A stretch of 64,000 bases of DNA from Cyanidioschyzon merolae (lineage: Eukaryota), in the NCBI GenBank assembly GCA_000091205.1, contig AP006489.2; one strand, given 5' to 3'. Position numbers and translations under genes: made by a program. The notes beneath the pieces are model-generated. The model saw nothing but the letters and a program-made list of their open reading frames with translations. It had not been told where the DNA came from and did no database searches. Shown here in pieces: positions 31,329 through 43,870 of this stretch (within the stretch, counting starts at the first letter, position 1; every line of letters begins with the position of its first letter).

Positions 31329-32492
31329 ATTCGTAGTGCCATGCTCGGACTCTAGTGTGTAGCACTGTACTGCGCAAGGATCGGGGTGATCTCTTCCATA
31401 TATCTACACATGACATCGTATGAAGCTGGTGCTTGTTCCGACGCACCACATCTACATGGATATATAAACAAGGACGGCGTCATGTTTTCCGAGGTCGAGT
31501 GCGCTCGGTGAAAGAGGAGAGCATGTTCCCTTCAGGTTCCACACTGATTGACATCTGTGTCTCCCACATGCATACGCCAGTATTTGAAAATCTAGAGAGC
31601 GCACCAGTATCGTGCCAGGATGGTGTGTGCCTCTGAAACGGCGAAAGCCGCGCAGTGCCATGCAGCTGGCAGTACCATCTGGACACTGCGGACACAGGTG
31701 GCCGCGCACCGTCTTTTCCCGAGAGCGCATCCCATGATGCGCCACGGACGCGGGAAATCGCAGGTCGTGTCACGGAAACAGCAGATTCCGTGACGCCGGC
31801 GATGAACAGCGCATGCGCGCATCACGTATCTAGGCCGCAGCGCGCGACGTGGTGCGCGGCAGATGTGTATGTATGTGTCATTATTTCCCTGAAGCAGGAC
31901 GCTGCACCCGCGATGCGCTTCTAACGACGCATCTGATTTTATTGAGACGATGCGGTAAACACGATATCGGTTAGCACTCGTGTGCCTGCACCGGACCTCT
32001 TGGACGGTGAGAATCTCGGGAACTGGTTATCCCGAAGAAATCGAAGCCAGCCGCGTCGACGAAGCGTTGCCGGAGGAGCTCGGGCGACATAGTCGTATTC
32101 GTCCTGTCACCGAAAATCACACGTATAACAGCTTGATAATCTAGAGCACGACACTGATTGGGTGTGTCGATGTGGCGTAAACGGTTGCTCAGCTCAGGCA
32201 CGTCGGGCCGATACTGCCGACCAAGACACCTGAGCGATCTGGTGTCCCGCGCAAGCTGGTGCCGGACGCACGCAACATTCGGAGAGAGTCGGCAGTTCCC
32301 TTTCGGTGCTGAGTTTGCGTCTGCGACCACTCGATTAGTATACGAAACGCACACCTGCCGTTTACAACCATTGTAGAGCTTGCCGTTCCGGACTTGTGCC
32401 CGAACCTTCATGTTTCCTGATGGCGCACTATCTATGCTGTAGTTCGCCTGCATTCAAAGAATTCAGCTTTCCATGGAGCCTCCTTTGCGTTT

Positions 32493-33068
32493 TCAGTATG
32501 CGCAAATGCTCCCTGTGTTCTGAATGTACACGATGATGCCAATCTCGTCCGTGCTCTCGCCGTTGATAGACCAGCGGTTGCCAACTATACGCCATGCAAT
32601 AGTTCCCACGAAGCAGTCTGCATTTATCTCCGCCACTGCTGCATCATCGACTTGGTAGAGATATCCATCGGAGTTGGCCTGAAACGGTTCATCGGTAACA
32701 GTAACATCATTGATAATGCAGCATTCACCGAAGCATAACGTGTTTCCCTCGAAGTAATCACCGTTAACCATGCGAACCGTGATGTACGACGGGCAAGATT
32801 CGCTGTTGACACTGTAGTCATTTTCGAGGTCACTGGTGTACCACTGAGCTTCATAGAGACCGTCCTCGCAACTGGAATAGAAATACGAGCCACTATCGCA
32901 CAGGTTACTTGGGCTGCAGGAGGAACAGTCCGTTTGAATACTGTTCTCTATCGTGCCGGTATCTGTATAGCACTCATAATAACAAGTCTGCCCCGAAACG
33001 GGTTCCTGCATAAAAGACAAGACAAACACGAGCGTCAAAAACACGAAAAGAGCACGCTTGCAAGACAT
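32493..33068 (-). CDS. Small secreted cysteine-rich protein, paralog A (signal peptide + ~165-aa mature region with ~12 Cys)
   Basis: MSCKRALFVFLTLVFVLSFMQEPVSG|QTC… is a classic n/h/c signal peptide. The mature part is Cys-rich and ends …GSICAY. It is the only convincing gene inside the duplicated unit. Confidence 0.6.
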   Translation of the reverse strand: MSCKRALFVFLTLVFVLSFMQEPVSGQTCYYECYTDTGTIENSIQTDCSSCSPSNLCDSGSYFYSSCEDGLYEAQWYTSDLENDYSVNSESCPSYITVRMVNGDYFEGNTLCFGECCIINDVTVTDEPFQANSDGYLYQVDDAAVAEINADCFVGTIAWRIVGNRWSINGESTDEIGIIVYIQNTGSICAY

Positions 33069-33132
33069 AAGGTTGGCGCTTTCGAGCAGAGTCTATAGCT
33101 TTTACTTCAACAACAAGCGACGCAGTTACGTA

Positions 33133-33217
33133 CTATGTGACTGTCACGCTGCGCGACACGCACACCGAGATGCAGCCGTGTCACGCTGCGCGACACGCAC
33201 ACCGAGATGCAGCCGCG
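33133..33217. repeat. 42-bp x 2 tandem motif (tgtcacgctgcgcgacacgcacaccgagatgcagccg) in the 5' flank of secreted-protein gene A; the same feature occurs at 40612..40696 upstream of gene B
   Basis: Direct duplication visible in the sequence; conserved between both segmental copies. Confidence 0.8.
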
Positions 33218-35688
33218 TCACGCCACCTGTGCATGGTGCACACGGATGCGCTCACAACGCCCCCAACGGATAGGAGATCTCCCAACGACGTGCGTTGTAT
33301 GAGAGCCGCCGCCGCCGCCGCCGAGCTTCACACGAGCGCATGACGTATCTGCGCGTCGTGTTCGCGCTTTGCGTATCTGGGCGCTGTCGTTGCGCTCGCG
33401 AGCGGCGGCGTCGTTTACTGGCGGGCAGCGCTGGTGTATTCGCGGTACGCGGTGCTGTATGTTGTACGCGAGCGCTGAGGAATCGGAAAGGTGGTATAAG
33501 TGTACCGAGTGGTCTGGGTGGCCATTGGGCACGCTCAGGGCGTCGTTGTTGACAGCAGGGATCCTGTTTCGCTGCTCGGTAGAGCTAAGAACGACTCAAA
33601 CAGAAGGAGTTCGCATAGCGACCGAGGGCGGAAACGGCAAACTTTGAACCTATTCTAGCTGCTATCGATAGCAGGCTTTGCGGACTTTCTCGGAGACTGT
33701 TTCCTTTTCCGCTCTTTTTTTTCTGCAAGTTTGACTGGGCTTGTTTCTCGTGTCTATCTTGCACTGTTGCTGTGAGCTGTTGAAGGATGTACACAACAGC
33801 GGTATAGCTCCGACCTCGCTGCCTCTGGTTGCTTTTCACGCTTCTCATATGCAGTATTTCGTTGCAACCTACGCTCCTGTTGCCTTTTTCATGAACTTTG
33901 GTGGCAGGAACGATGCGCCTTTTGCAGCGGTGTCACCTGGCAATGCTCGGATGTTGCAGCAGGTCTGGTGCACCTGCTGCAGCGCGGGCTCGCCCTGCAG
34001 CCCACGAAGGCTTGTCGCACCGCTCGGTACATGCCCGTGCGGGCCAGGGAAGGGTCGCGCGATGGTCTCCCCAGTTTCCACACCGGGTGCCGTATCCTAC
34101 GTTCACGGGCTACTGCATGGCGACTGTATTGGCAAGTAGGCCGTCGGCCGGAGAATCAAGCGGAGGCTGTTCCATTCTGTCGAAGATTTGCGGGACGAAA
34201 CTTCGTCTATGGTGAAACCAGCACCGGGAAGGAACCCCAGGCTGAAGCACAAATCGAGATATTTCGATCCGTATGCGCTCGCCTGGGGCAGTTCGGTGGA
34301 GCGTTTCCACAGGGAGCTGTGGTAGCCACGAGACGAACTCGTATCCAAGATCTTTTTTTTACGCGCAAACAGAAGAGACCCGAGTCTCCGGGAGCATATC
34401 CGTGCGAAATATGATGATGCTACTGTTGCGTGCCGTTTTGCAAACCGCCACAGAGAGACGCACACCTTTCGAACAGATAGAATTACTAGCCGTGACAGGT
34501 TCAATGAACTTTTATGTTTGAGCTTGTGGAGAAATCGAGAAAGGACGGCGCCCAGTTTATCCATGGTCATTGCAACAGAAGGCATTGTTGCGCCTTCGCA
34601 ATACCTTGGCCCAGGGAGTTTGGAAACATGAACCATGCGTGATATGCGCACGCTGCTTCGGAGGAAAGGAGACAAGCCGAGGCTCCTGCGTATCCACTGG
34701 ACCATGAAATAGAGTCTTTTGAAAGGCCTCGTATAAGAGCATCCCGAATCATGAAGAATCCGATGGTGTACCAAATTCTAGCGGCAAGGCGTTGAATAAA
34801 CCACTTCGAACATTCGACCCAGAATCCTAAAACTACGAATACGTCGGAACGTTCGTACTGGCGCACTTTGAGTCTCAAGTCTGCGGGTCAAAAAACAGTC
34901 CGAGAACCTCGAAGACCAGGAACAAAAGCGCGCAGTTATGTGGTTCTTTTCAGTCTGCCATGAGTCGAGGGCGAGCGACTGAGCGCGAACGCTCAAGGCA
35001 GTACCGCCCCAAAGTCGTATTCTTCCTCGCTATACGCGGAATCTCTGGGGCGTAGTGAGCCGAAAAAATACAGAAAAAACAAAACAAACTAGTTGCAAAA
35101 TATTGATTAAAGAACACCTATCTTATGGACCTACACACCACGGCCGCCTAAGAGGTTCCAATTTTCCTGGAGAAGCTCTGAAAGTGGGTTAACACGGGGT
35201 GCTTGGACGACGGCGATAGAAGACCACGACAGGAACCTTGACCGCAACGAACGGAGAGGCGGAGGCAGTAGCATCACAAAGTATTGACGAAAATGCTGAG
35301 CAGACATTCGCACCTCCCGAAACAACGCTGCAGGTGCGGGCACATATTCTGGATCCATCCTCGAACTCGGACTCAGGATTACCTCCTACCATGGGTACCT
35401 ACCTCGACTTTGGAAACAGTCTCGGCGGATACTTTGGAAGACGGCTGGCGGCATGTTCACGGTCGAAACTGGAGTAAGCGACTTGCCCGCGTATGTGTTT
35501 GGGGAGCGGATACGTAGCTGCTGAAAGGGTGTTTTGCAGACTGTTCCCAATGGTTGCGGGTAGCTTCACGCGTCCGGCAAGATAAAGTTTGCATTCGAAT
35601 CGACCAAGACTAATGTACTTCTGTTGCTAACTTCGCGCTGTGCCAAGCACTCAATGGACGACTGGAATGCAGGAAGCGCTGGTGGCGT

Positions 35689-38600
35689 GTGCGTTCACAC
35701 ACCCCGTGGAGCGTGCGTCTAAATCGACGACGTATCTCTGGAGCACCGCAGCGCCATTCCTATTTCCTTATGCGCTATGACTCGATAGGTTTCGCATCAT
35801 GGAATATTTGTGAGATAGCCCCGATACTAGACGACGAGAAGTCGAATTACCAGTACAGTAATGAGGAACTGATACAAATCGAGGACTCTACCTTAGCGAT
35901 AGAGACCCAACGAGATACGGAGAAGGAGGTACAGAGCCATCATGATCCAACCAGAAGCAAAATAACCAGAGAAAGTAGCTCAGGACAGAGCCCGAAGAAG
36001 AAGACCAGCAAGAGAAAACAAGAGAATAGAAAGAAGAACTCCGAAACGAGCCCATCACAAGTCATCCCCGGAAAGAACACCCCAGCCGGAACTCAAGAAA
36101 GCTGTCAAAAAACTCAGTCACCTACTCACAACGCGGTAGATCCGAAAAGCCGTGCATGCAAATCATTAGACCAACCGGGACGGCTGGCACCAGAACGTAA
36201 AAGTTGCAATCCGCAGTACCTGAAACGACGTACCAATACCCAGATTGATGAATGCCACCGACTCTATCAGATCGTCAACCGCACCGCCTTACGCGCCAAC
36301 GCCGGAGACAAGGAAGCGAAGGCAGTCCTAACGGCGCTACAGGCGCAACGTGAAGAAGCTATCAAAAGAAAGAAGAAACTTTCCAGAGAAGACAAACGAG
36401 AGGATCGAAGCCGCAAAATCGCCTCCCTGGCGAAATCTATGCTGGAGAGCACCACCGAAGATGAGACTTGGCGCTCCATTCGATCGAGACTGGAGCCACC
36501 AAAAAAGTGCTTGGGGCTCACACCAATCGTTGATAAGGAAGAGCTGAGGACGGAGGGTGCCTCAGTGAATGAGGCCTGGACAGACCACGGGACAGAGCTG
36601 CATGAAGACGCAACTGGGCACTGCCAAGACCCAATCTATCGGCACCAATATGCCGCAGAAGTACCGCGCATCGAACCGGTACTTGGAATGGAACGACCCA
36701 ATCTTCTGGCCTGAAATCGCTGAGACACTCTTAAGCTCATGCAACCGCAAAACACCTGGCATCGACGGTATCGCTGCCGAGTGGGTGAAACTGGCGACAC
36801 CAGAAGGCGAGACAACAGGGACACCATGGATACCAGATGAACCTGACACAAGCTTAGGCAAACGCTTTCTGGAGCTCATCCAACGCATGTTTGAAGAGGC
36901 ATACATCCCTGATGTATGGGGGACTGCCGAGGTCGTACCGGTCCTCAAAAAAGACTCCCACACAGACATGAACAGCTACCGGCCTATTCGCCTCATCCCG
37001 TCAATCATGAAGCTACTTTGCGCCATCCTCACGAACCGTATCCACAGCGGCCTCCAGGAGCGCAAGTTCTTCGCCCCAGAACAGGCTGGATTCCGGAGCC
37101 GCGAGGAGTGCATGAGCCATGCCCTGACCTTCATTGAAGTGGTGCAACGTCGCTTCACTAGCGACCAACAACCAACTTACGTATGCTTCATCGACTTCCA
37201 AAAGGCCTCGGACACGGTCCCGCACGAGGCTCTATTTCTGAAGATGGAACGTGCCGGAGTCTCCGAAAAGTGCTTAGCGTTCTTCCGTGCGCTCTATGTA
37301 GACTCATGGATGCGCATCCGACTGGGCGACGGCTCAAGAACCCCTTCGATAAGAATGCGCCGTGGACTGCGACAGGGCGATCCCGCATTCCCGCTCCTTT
37401 TCAACATCTTCATCAACGACCTGCTGAACAACTGCAGACAATACGTGCTTGAGGTGCCGTGGATAGACTGGGGAGATGCCCGATGAGGAGCCCTCATGTA
37501 GGAACCGCCTCGCAGGCCTTCTATTTGCGGACGATGTCGTGCTGTTGGTACCCGCCCCGGAAACGCTTGCGGGTAGCATGGAACAAGTCAGCGACTGGGC
37601 CGATCGCTGGGAGATAAGCATAGGAGCATCGAAGTGCGGCGTCATGGTCATTCATGGAGACTCGCAGAGCATTCGCAATCGCTCGTGGCGGTTGCAGAAT
37701 CAGGAAATTCCGATCGTGGAAAAATATCGCTACCTGGGGGGTCTGTCGCACATCGACGCTCGACGAAAAGGCACACGTCGACGAGATGATCGCCAAGATG
37801 CATAGACGTACAGCGATCGCACGCCCATTCTTATCCGACCCCTCTACCTGCATAGCAATCCGTACCAGCGCACTAAGGATGTGTATCATCCAGCCTGCGA
37901 CCTGGGGTGCTGAATGGTGCGGCATGAAGCACCCAAATGCCTCGCGTCTGCAGGCAGCCGCCAACAGGGCAATGCGACTCGTTGTTGTTGGGTGCTCAGT
38001 ACAGAGCAGAGCAACCACCGCGCTGGCACTCGGACTTGAACTCCAAATACCCTCGACAGAGGCGATAGCAGCAGGCTGCCGGGCATGTATACGGGCGAAG
38101 GGCTCCACTATGCGCACCTCTTTGAGTCGGATTTTCATGCAGACCCCAACGCACCGCAAGAACTCTTGGATGAAATCGACGCAGATTTGGCTGAAGCGCC
38201 TCTTGGGCGAAAACACGCTCCCCAATCTTTCCCCCAGGGATATAGAAGGCTCCCGCCGCCTCAAGCGAACGGTCCAAACACCAATATGGGATCGTAGACA
38301 CGGAACAAGTCGCGCCGGTAACGCCGGCTTTACTCTATACCGGAACTACACCCTAGCATACACATGCAAGTACTGGCGGGAGGCGCTGGAATTCCCGGGA
38401 CTTGCTCGAGGTACCCAGTGGCTCGCCAAAATGCGCGTTGGTGGCTTCTGGCTAGCAGCACCGGCTCTAAGCCGTATAGGAACACTGGAATCGCACTGGG
38501 AATCACACTGTCCCTGCTGTGGAAACGAGACCCCCGAGACGCTGACACATTTAGGCCTACAGTGGCCGCGCTGGAAACAGGAGCGCAGCGAGCTCCTTGA

Positions 38601-39298
38601 AGGACAGCAGCAGCTGGGCATCACCGTGATAGACGAAGGTCGGACACTCACTCTGAGTGTAGCACTGGCAATTGATGGTCCGCTAACCGAGCCTCAGCGC
38701 TCATTAGTGGCCAAAAAACTCACATGCTACCTTGTAGGTAAAAGGTCCAGCGAATCGGATGCGCATACGGGCGCAGTGCGCTTTCTGCGCCTACCTTCTG
38801 TGGTGGGTGTCAAGCACAAACCCGCATTGCCAACCAAGAACGCATTCCGTGCATGATCACGAGGAAGAGAGGCGGCTCCCAGAATTCATCCTAACAGCCA
38901 AGTTTCTCCAGCGTGTCGTGTAGCGAAGGCAGGCCTGCATCCGCAGACTGCCCGAGCGCAAACTGACGACGAGACCCGATTCTACGTCGGGTGAACCACG
39001 CCTCGAGCCGACGCCCTCTGAGGTATAGGAAAGCTGTTCTAGCTCTATGAACTATCTGCTCCAGCGGTTCAGGTGCCAAGGCGGATACGGAACGGCAGGC
39101 ACTCGGAACACACGATAGGACATATGAGGCGACAAGAATATCCGAGATGAAACATGGGTAATGTAATTTGAGAGTATGGTGTTGATGGACACCTCTCCTC
39201 GCACTGAAAAAAAAACACACAAAACAAGTAAGAAAAGAAAAATGCGCATAATCGGGGAACGCTGGCCTAAGAAAACGTTTTATCAATGAAAAAAAAAT
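35689..39298 (+). mobile_element. Non-LTR (LINE-like) retrotransposon, degenerate. It has a basic/coiled ORF1-like region (35689..36714), an RT-bearing ORF2 split by at least 2 frameshifts (36569..37486 / 37476..37805 / 37654..38856), and a 3' UTR ending in an A-rich tail (~39195..39298)
   Basis: RT motifs FIDFQKASDTVPHEALFLKMERAGV, MRRGLRQGDPAFPLLFNIFINDL and LLFADDVVLLVPAPE (FADD). The C-terminal motif CPCCGNETPETLTHLGL is the C..CG..ET.E..H zinc-knuckle-like block common to LINE ORF2 tails. The A-runs gaaaaaaaaacacacaaaacaag…caatgaaaaaaaaa end exactly where duplicate copy B begins. I recognise no APE endonuclease domain. The 5' boundary is uncertain and may lie 35.05-35.7 kb. Confidence 0.8.
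36569..38856 (+). pseudogene. LINE ORF2 (reverse transcriptase + C-terminal Cys/His motif) disrupted by frameshifts
   Basis: The RT domain continues across three different reading frames in the ORF track (305-aa, 109-aa and 400-aa pieces) with overlapping ends. Confidence 0.75.
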
Positions 39299-42200
39299 GC
39301 GCATCACGTATCTAGGCCGCAGCGCGCGATGTGGTGCGCGGCAGATGTGTATGTATGTGTCATTATTTCCCTGAAGCAGGACGCTGCACCCGCGATGCGC
39401 TTCTAACGACGCATCTGATTTTATTGAGACGATGCGGTAAACACGATATCGGTTAGCACTCGTGTGCCTGCACCGGACCTCTTGGACGGTGAGAATCTCG
39501 GGAACTGGTTATCCCGAAGAAATCGAAGCCAGCCGCGTCGACGAAGCGTTGCCGGATGAGCTCGGGCGACATAGTCGTATTCGTCCTGTCACCGAAAATC
39601 ACACGTATAACAGCTTGATAATCTAGAGCACGACACTGATTGGGTGTGTCGATGTGGCGTAAACGGTTGCTCAGCTCAGGCACGTCGGGCCGAGACTGCC
39701 GACCAAGACACCTGAGCGGTCTGGTGTCCCGCGCAAGCTGGTGCCGGACGCACGCAACATTCGGAGAGAGTCGGCAGTTCCCTTTCGGTGCTGAGTTTGC
39801 GTCAGCGACCACTCGATTAGTATACGAAACGCACACCTGCCGTTTACAACCATTGTAGAGCTTGCCGTTCCGGACTTGTGCCCGAACCTTCATGTTTCCT
39901 GATGGCGCACTATCTATGCTGTAGTTCGCCTGCATTCAAAGAACTCAGCTTTCCATGGAGCCTCCCTTGCGTTTTCAGTATGCGCAAATGCTTCCCGTGT
40001 GCGGAATGTACACGATGACGCCAAATGCGTCCGTGCTCTCGCCGTTGATAGACCAGTTTCTGGCATTTGCAGCCCATGCAATAGTTCCCACGAAGCAGTC
40101 TGCATTTATCTTCGCCACACCTGCATAATCGACTTTGTACAGATGCCCATCGGATTTGGCCCGATACGGTTCATACTTAACAGCAACATCATTGGCACTG
40201 CAGCATTCGTCGAAGCATATCGTGTTGGCCTCGAGGTAATGATAGTTAACCAAGCGAAACGTAATGTAGGACGGGCAAGGAACGCTCTTGACACTGTAGT
40301 CTACATCCAGAAAACTGGTGTACCACTGAGCGTCAAAAGTGCCGTCCTTGCAATTGGAAAAGAAGCTCAAGTCTCTGCAGAGGTGACTTGGACTGCAGGA
40401 GGAACAGTCCGTATGAATAGTTTTCTCAATCGTGCGGTTTTCTGTATAGCACAGATAGGAACAAGTCTGCCCCGAAACGGGTTCCTGCATAAAAGACAAG
40501 ACAAACACGAGCGTCAAAAACACGAAAAGAGCACGCTTGCAAGACATAAGGTTGGCGCTTTCGAGCAGAGCCTATAGCTTTTACTTCAACAACAAGCGAC
40601 GCAGTTACGTACTATGTGACTGTCACGCTGCGCGACACGCACACCGAGATGCAGCCGTGTCACGCTGCGCGACACGCACACCGAGATGCAGCCGTGTCAC
40701 GCCACCTGTGCATGGTGCACACGGATGCGCTCACAACGCCCCCAACGGATAGGAGATCTCCCAACGACGTGCGTTGTATGAGAGCCGCCGCCGCCGCCGA
40801 GCTTCACACGAGCGCATGACGTATCTGCGCGTCGTGTTCGCGCTTTGCGTATCTGGGCGCTGTCGTTGCGCTCGCGAGCGGCGGCGTCGTTTACTGGCGG
40901 GCAGCGTTGCTGTATTCGCGGTACGCGGTGCTGTATGTTGTACGCGAGCGCTGAGGAATCGGAAAGGTGGTATAAGTGTACCGAGTGGTCTGGGTGGCCA
41001 TTGGGCACGCTCAGGGCGTCGTTGTTGACAGCAGGGATCCTGTTTCGCTGCTCGGTAGAGCCAAGAACGACTCAAACAGAAGGAGTTCGCATAGCGACCG
41101 AGGGCGGAAACGGCAAACTTTGAACCTGTTCTCGCTGCTATCGATAGCAGGCTTTGCGGACTTTCTCGGAGACTGTTTCCTTTTCCGCTCTTTTTTTCTG
41201 CAAGTTTGACTGGGCTTGTTTCTCGTGTCTATCTTGCACTGTTGCTGTGAGCTGTTGAAGGATGTACTCAACAGCGGTATAGCTCCGACCTCGCTGCCTC
41301 TGGTTGCTTTTCACGCTTCTCATATGCAGTATTTCGTTGCAACCTACGCTCCTGTTGCCTTTTTCATGAACTTTGGTGGCAGGAACGATGCGCCTTTTGC
41401 AGCGGTGTCACCTGGCAATGCTCGGATGTTGCAGCAGGTCTGGTGCACCTGCTGCAGCGCGGGCTCGCCCTGCAGCCCACGAAGGCTTGTCGCACCGCTC
41501 GGTACATGCCCGTGCGGGCCAGGGAAGGGTCGCGCGATGGTCTCCCCAGTTTCCACACCGGGTGCCGTATCCTACGTTCACGGGCTACTGCATGGCGACT
41601 GTATTGGCAAGTAGGCCGTCGGCCGGAGAATCAAGCGGAGGCTGTTCCATTCTGTCGAAGATTTGCGGGACGAAACTTCGTCTATGGTGAAACCAGCACC
41701 GGGAAGGAACCCCAGGCTGAAGCACAAATCGAGATATTTCGATCCGTATGCGCTCGCCTGGGGCAGTTCGGTGGAGCGTTTCCACAGGGAGCTGTGGTAG
41801 CCACGAGACGAACTCGTATCCAAGATCTTTTTTTTACGCGCAAACAGAAGAGACCCGAGTCTCCGGGAGCATATCCGTGCGAAATATGATGATGCTACTG
41901 TTGCGTGCCGTTTTGCAAACCGCCACAGAGAGACGCACACCTTTCGAACAGATAGAATTACTAGCCGTGACAGGTTCAATGAACTTTTATGTTTGAGCTT
42001 GTGGAGAAATCGAGAAAGGACGGCGCCCAGTTTATCCATGGTCATTGCAACAGAAGGCATTGTTGCGCCTTCGCAATACCTTGGCCCAGGGAGTTTGGAA
42101 ACATGAACCATGCGTGATATGCGCACGCTGCTTCGGAGGAAAGGAGACAAGCCGAGGCTCCTGCGTATCCACTGGACCATGAAATAGAGTCTTTTGAAAG

Positions 42201-42525
42201 GCCTCGTATAAGAGCATCCCGAATCATGAAGAATCCGATGGTGTACCAAATTCTAGCGGCAAGGCGTTGAATAAACCACTTCGAACATTCGACCCAGAAT
42301 CCTAAAACTACGAATACGTCGGAACGTTCGTACTGGCGGACTTTTAGTCTCAAGTCTGCAGGTCAAAAAACAGTCCGAGAACCTCGAAGACCAGGAACAA
42401 AAGCGCGCAGTTATGTGGTTCTTTTCAGTCTGCCATGAGTCGAGGGCGAGCGACTGAGCGCGCGCGCTCATAGCAGTACCCCCCAGCACCATATCCTTCC
42501 TTGCTATACGCGGCATCTTTGGGGC
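39299..42525. repeat. Copy B of the ~3.2-kb direct segmental duplication
   Basis: See copy A. It begins at gcgcatcacgtatctaggccgcag immediately after the LINE A-tail. Similarity to copy A fades at ~42525. Confidence 0.9.
39975..40547 (-). CDS. Small secreted cysteine-rich protein, paralog B. The signal peptide is identical to paralog A, while the mature region has diverged (~60% aa identity) on a conserved Cys scaffold
   Basis: MSCKRALFVFLTLVFVLSFMQEPVSGQTCSYLCYTEN…GSICAY. Cys positions are conserved relative to paralog A and intervening residues are largely replaced. Confidence 0.6.
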   Translation of the reverse strand: MSCKRALFVFLTLVFVLSFMQEPVSGQTCSYLCYTENRTIEKTIHTDCSSCSPSHLCRDLSFFSNCKDGTFDAQWYTSFLDVDYSVKSVPCPSYITFRLVNYHYLEANTICFDECCSANDVAVKYEPYRAKSDGHLYKVDYAGVAKINADCFVGTIAWAANARNWSINGESTDAFGVIVYIPHTGSICAY

Positions 42526-43870
42526 GTGTCTGCGCAAACAATCATGTAGACGAGCGCCCCGCCAGGACACTCGTTCAGGGCGCTGCCTCTACCACCGTGC
42601 ACATCCTGTGCGAGTCCGACAAACGCACGCCGTCTCACTACGGAGCAAACCTAACCACCCACACACTCATTCGCTCTGGTATCCACGCACCGATTGTCGA
42701 TAGCATGGTCATCGAGCGCCCCGCGAACATGCGTCAGGACGCCCGGACATCCTTGCACGGAGCCGGTAACCTTCTTGCCAGACTCGCGTCTCACCAGTGC
42801 TCGGAATCGCTCCAGAGAAACACCAGAGGCAACATAACCGTAATGTGTGCCAGATTATGCGATGAAGCTGCTGTCGATACCAGTATTCTGGCAGCGGTGA
42901 TTCTTGCGCTGATTTCATACGACGGACGTGCTCCCATTGCCACGTTCGCCGTGTCATGATGTTATCAGTTACCGAGCAGGTAGTTGCGCACTCATTCAAC
43001 TCAGCTAGCGTCCCGATGCCCTGCAAAACACGAGTCACGTTGCTTATCGTCTGTCGATCGAGCAAGTTGGAGACACGAGTGAGGCTCGTCCTATGCGCAT
43101 GGATGCGGTATTCGAAGCAAGCTGCACCTTTTGATGTTTTACGCGATGCATCATGGTGTGCTTTGTTCTCACGGCGACACAGGAATCAAGTTGACCAACA
43201 GGCGTTGCCATCGCAAGGCTCAGCAAGACGCAAACATATGGTCGCTCTCGCAAGTACAGCTCGCGTGCGGGTTGCTGTCTTCGTCTAGCGATACTTGTGC
43301 CGGGTAAGCGGGAGTGTGCCAGTCGTGCATGTGCAACGACAGCAAAGAAAGCGTTGAAGATCAGCGCGACACGTTGGCTGTTGATACCAACGCTCTCGCG
43401 TGCCCGTTGTTCGACGTGCACCGCCTAAGCAAGGCGTACCTTGGGCACACACACGTAGCTCGACACCGCGCACATTGAAGGACCAGTTTGTCGCCAGCTC
43501 GAGCCCAGTACCTAGAACGCGCTTCTTGTGCAACGTATCACAGAGCTAGTTCTCCGGCAGCGCAACGTGCTAGTAGCCAGTCACGTGCAAAATTCCCAGC
43601 TACAAAACTGGCTCCGCGCGTTGACGACAAGCTCCAAGCGCCCAGGCAGAGTCGCTTTGGCTCCCAGCTTGGCGCCCGTTGCTCCAGCACCGCACTTGAC
43701 CGAACAAGGTCTTCACGCGCTACGCTCACTTCTGTGTACCGGTCACGATTGCCGCGCGTACTTGGTGACTCCAGGTACAGCGTTTCTCGTGCAACGCCCA
43801 CAACTTGCGGCAAGTGAAGCTTCGTTATGAGACAGTCGCGAACGACAACCGTCAAATGATGCACCAATAA

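Larger units (their letters stand above)
31818..35045. repeat. Copy A of a ~3.2-kb direct segmental duplication (copy B at 39299..42525); ends in an A-rich stretch (gaaaaaatacagaaaaaacaaaacaaac)
   Basis: The track ORFs 31971..32453, 33058..33273, 33741..34139, 34103..34774 and 34567..34878 recur with identical or near-identical proteins at a +7475 to +7482 offset. Flanking nucleotides that I compared directly are ~99% identical. Confidence 0.9.

Noticed and set aside
33741-34774. 132-aa (+) and 223-aa (-) ORFs conserved 100% between the two segmental duplicates
   Set aside because: Identity equals that of the surrounding non-coding duplicated DNA, so conservation is uninformative. There are no domains and they are compositionally odd (Cys/Arg/Ser-rich).
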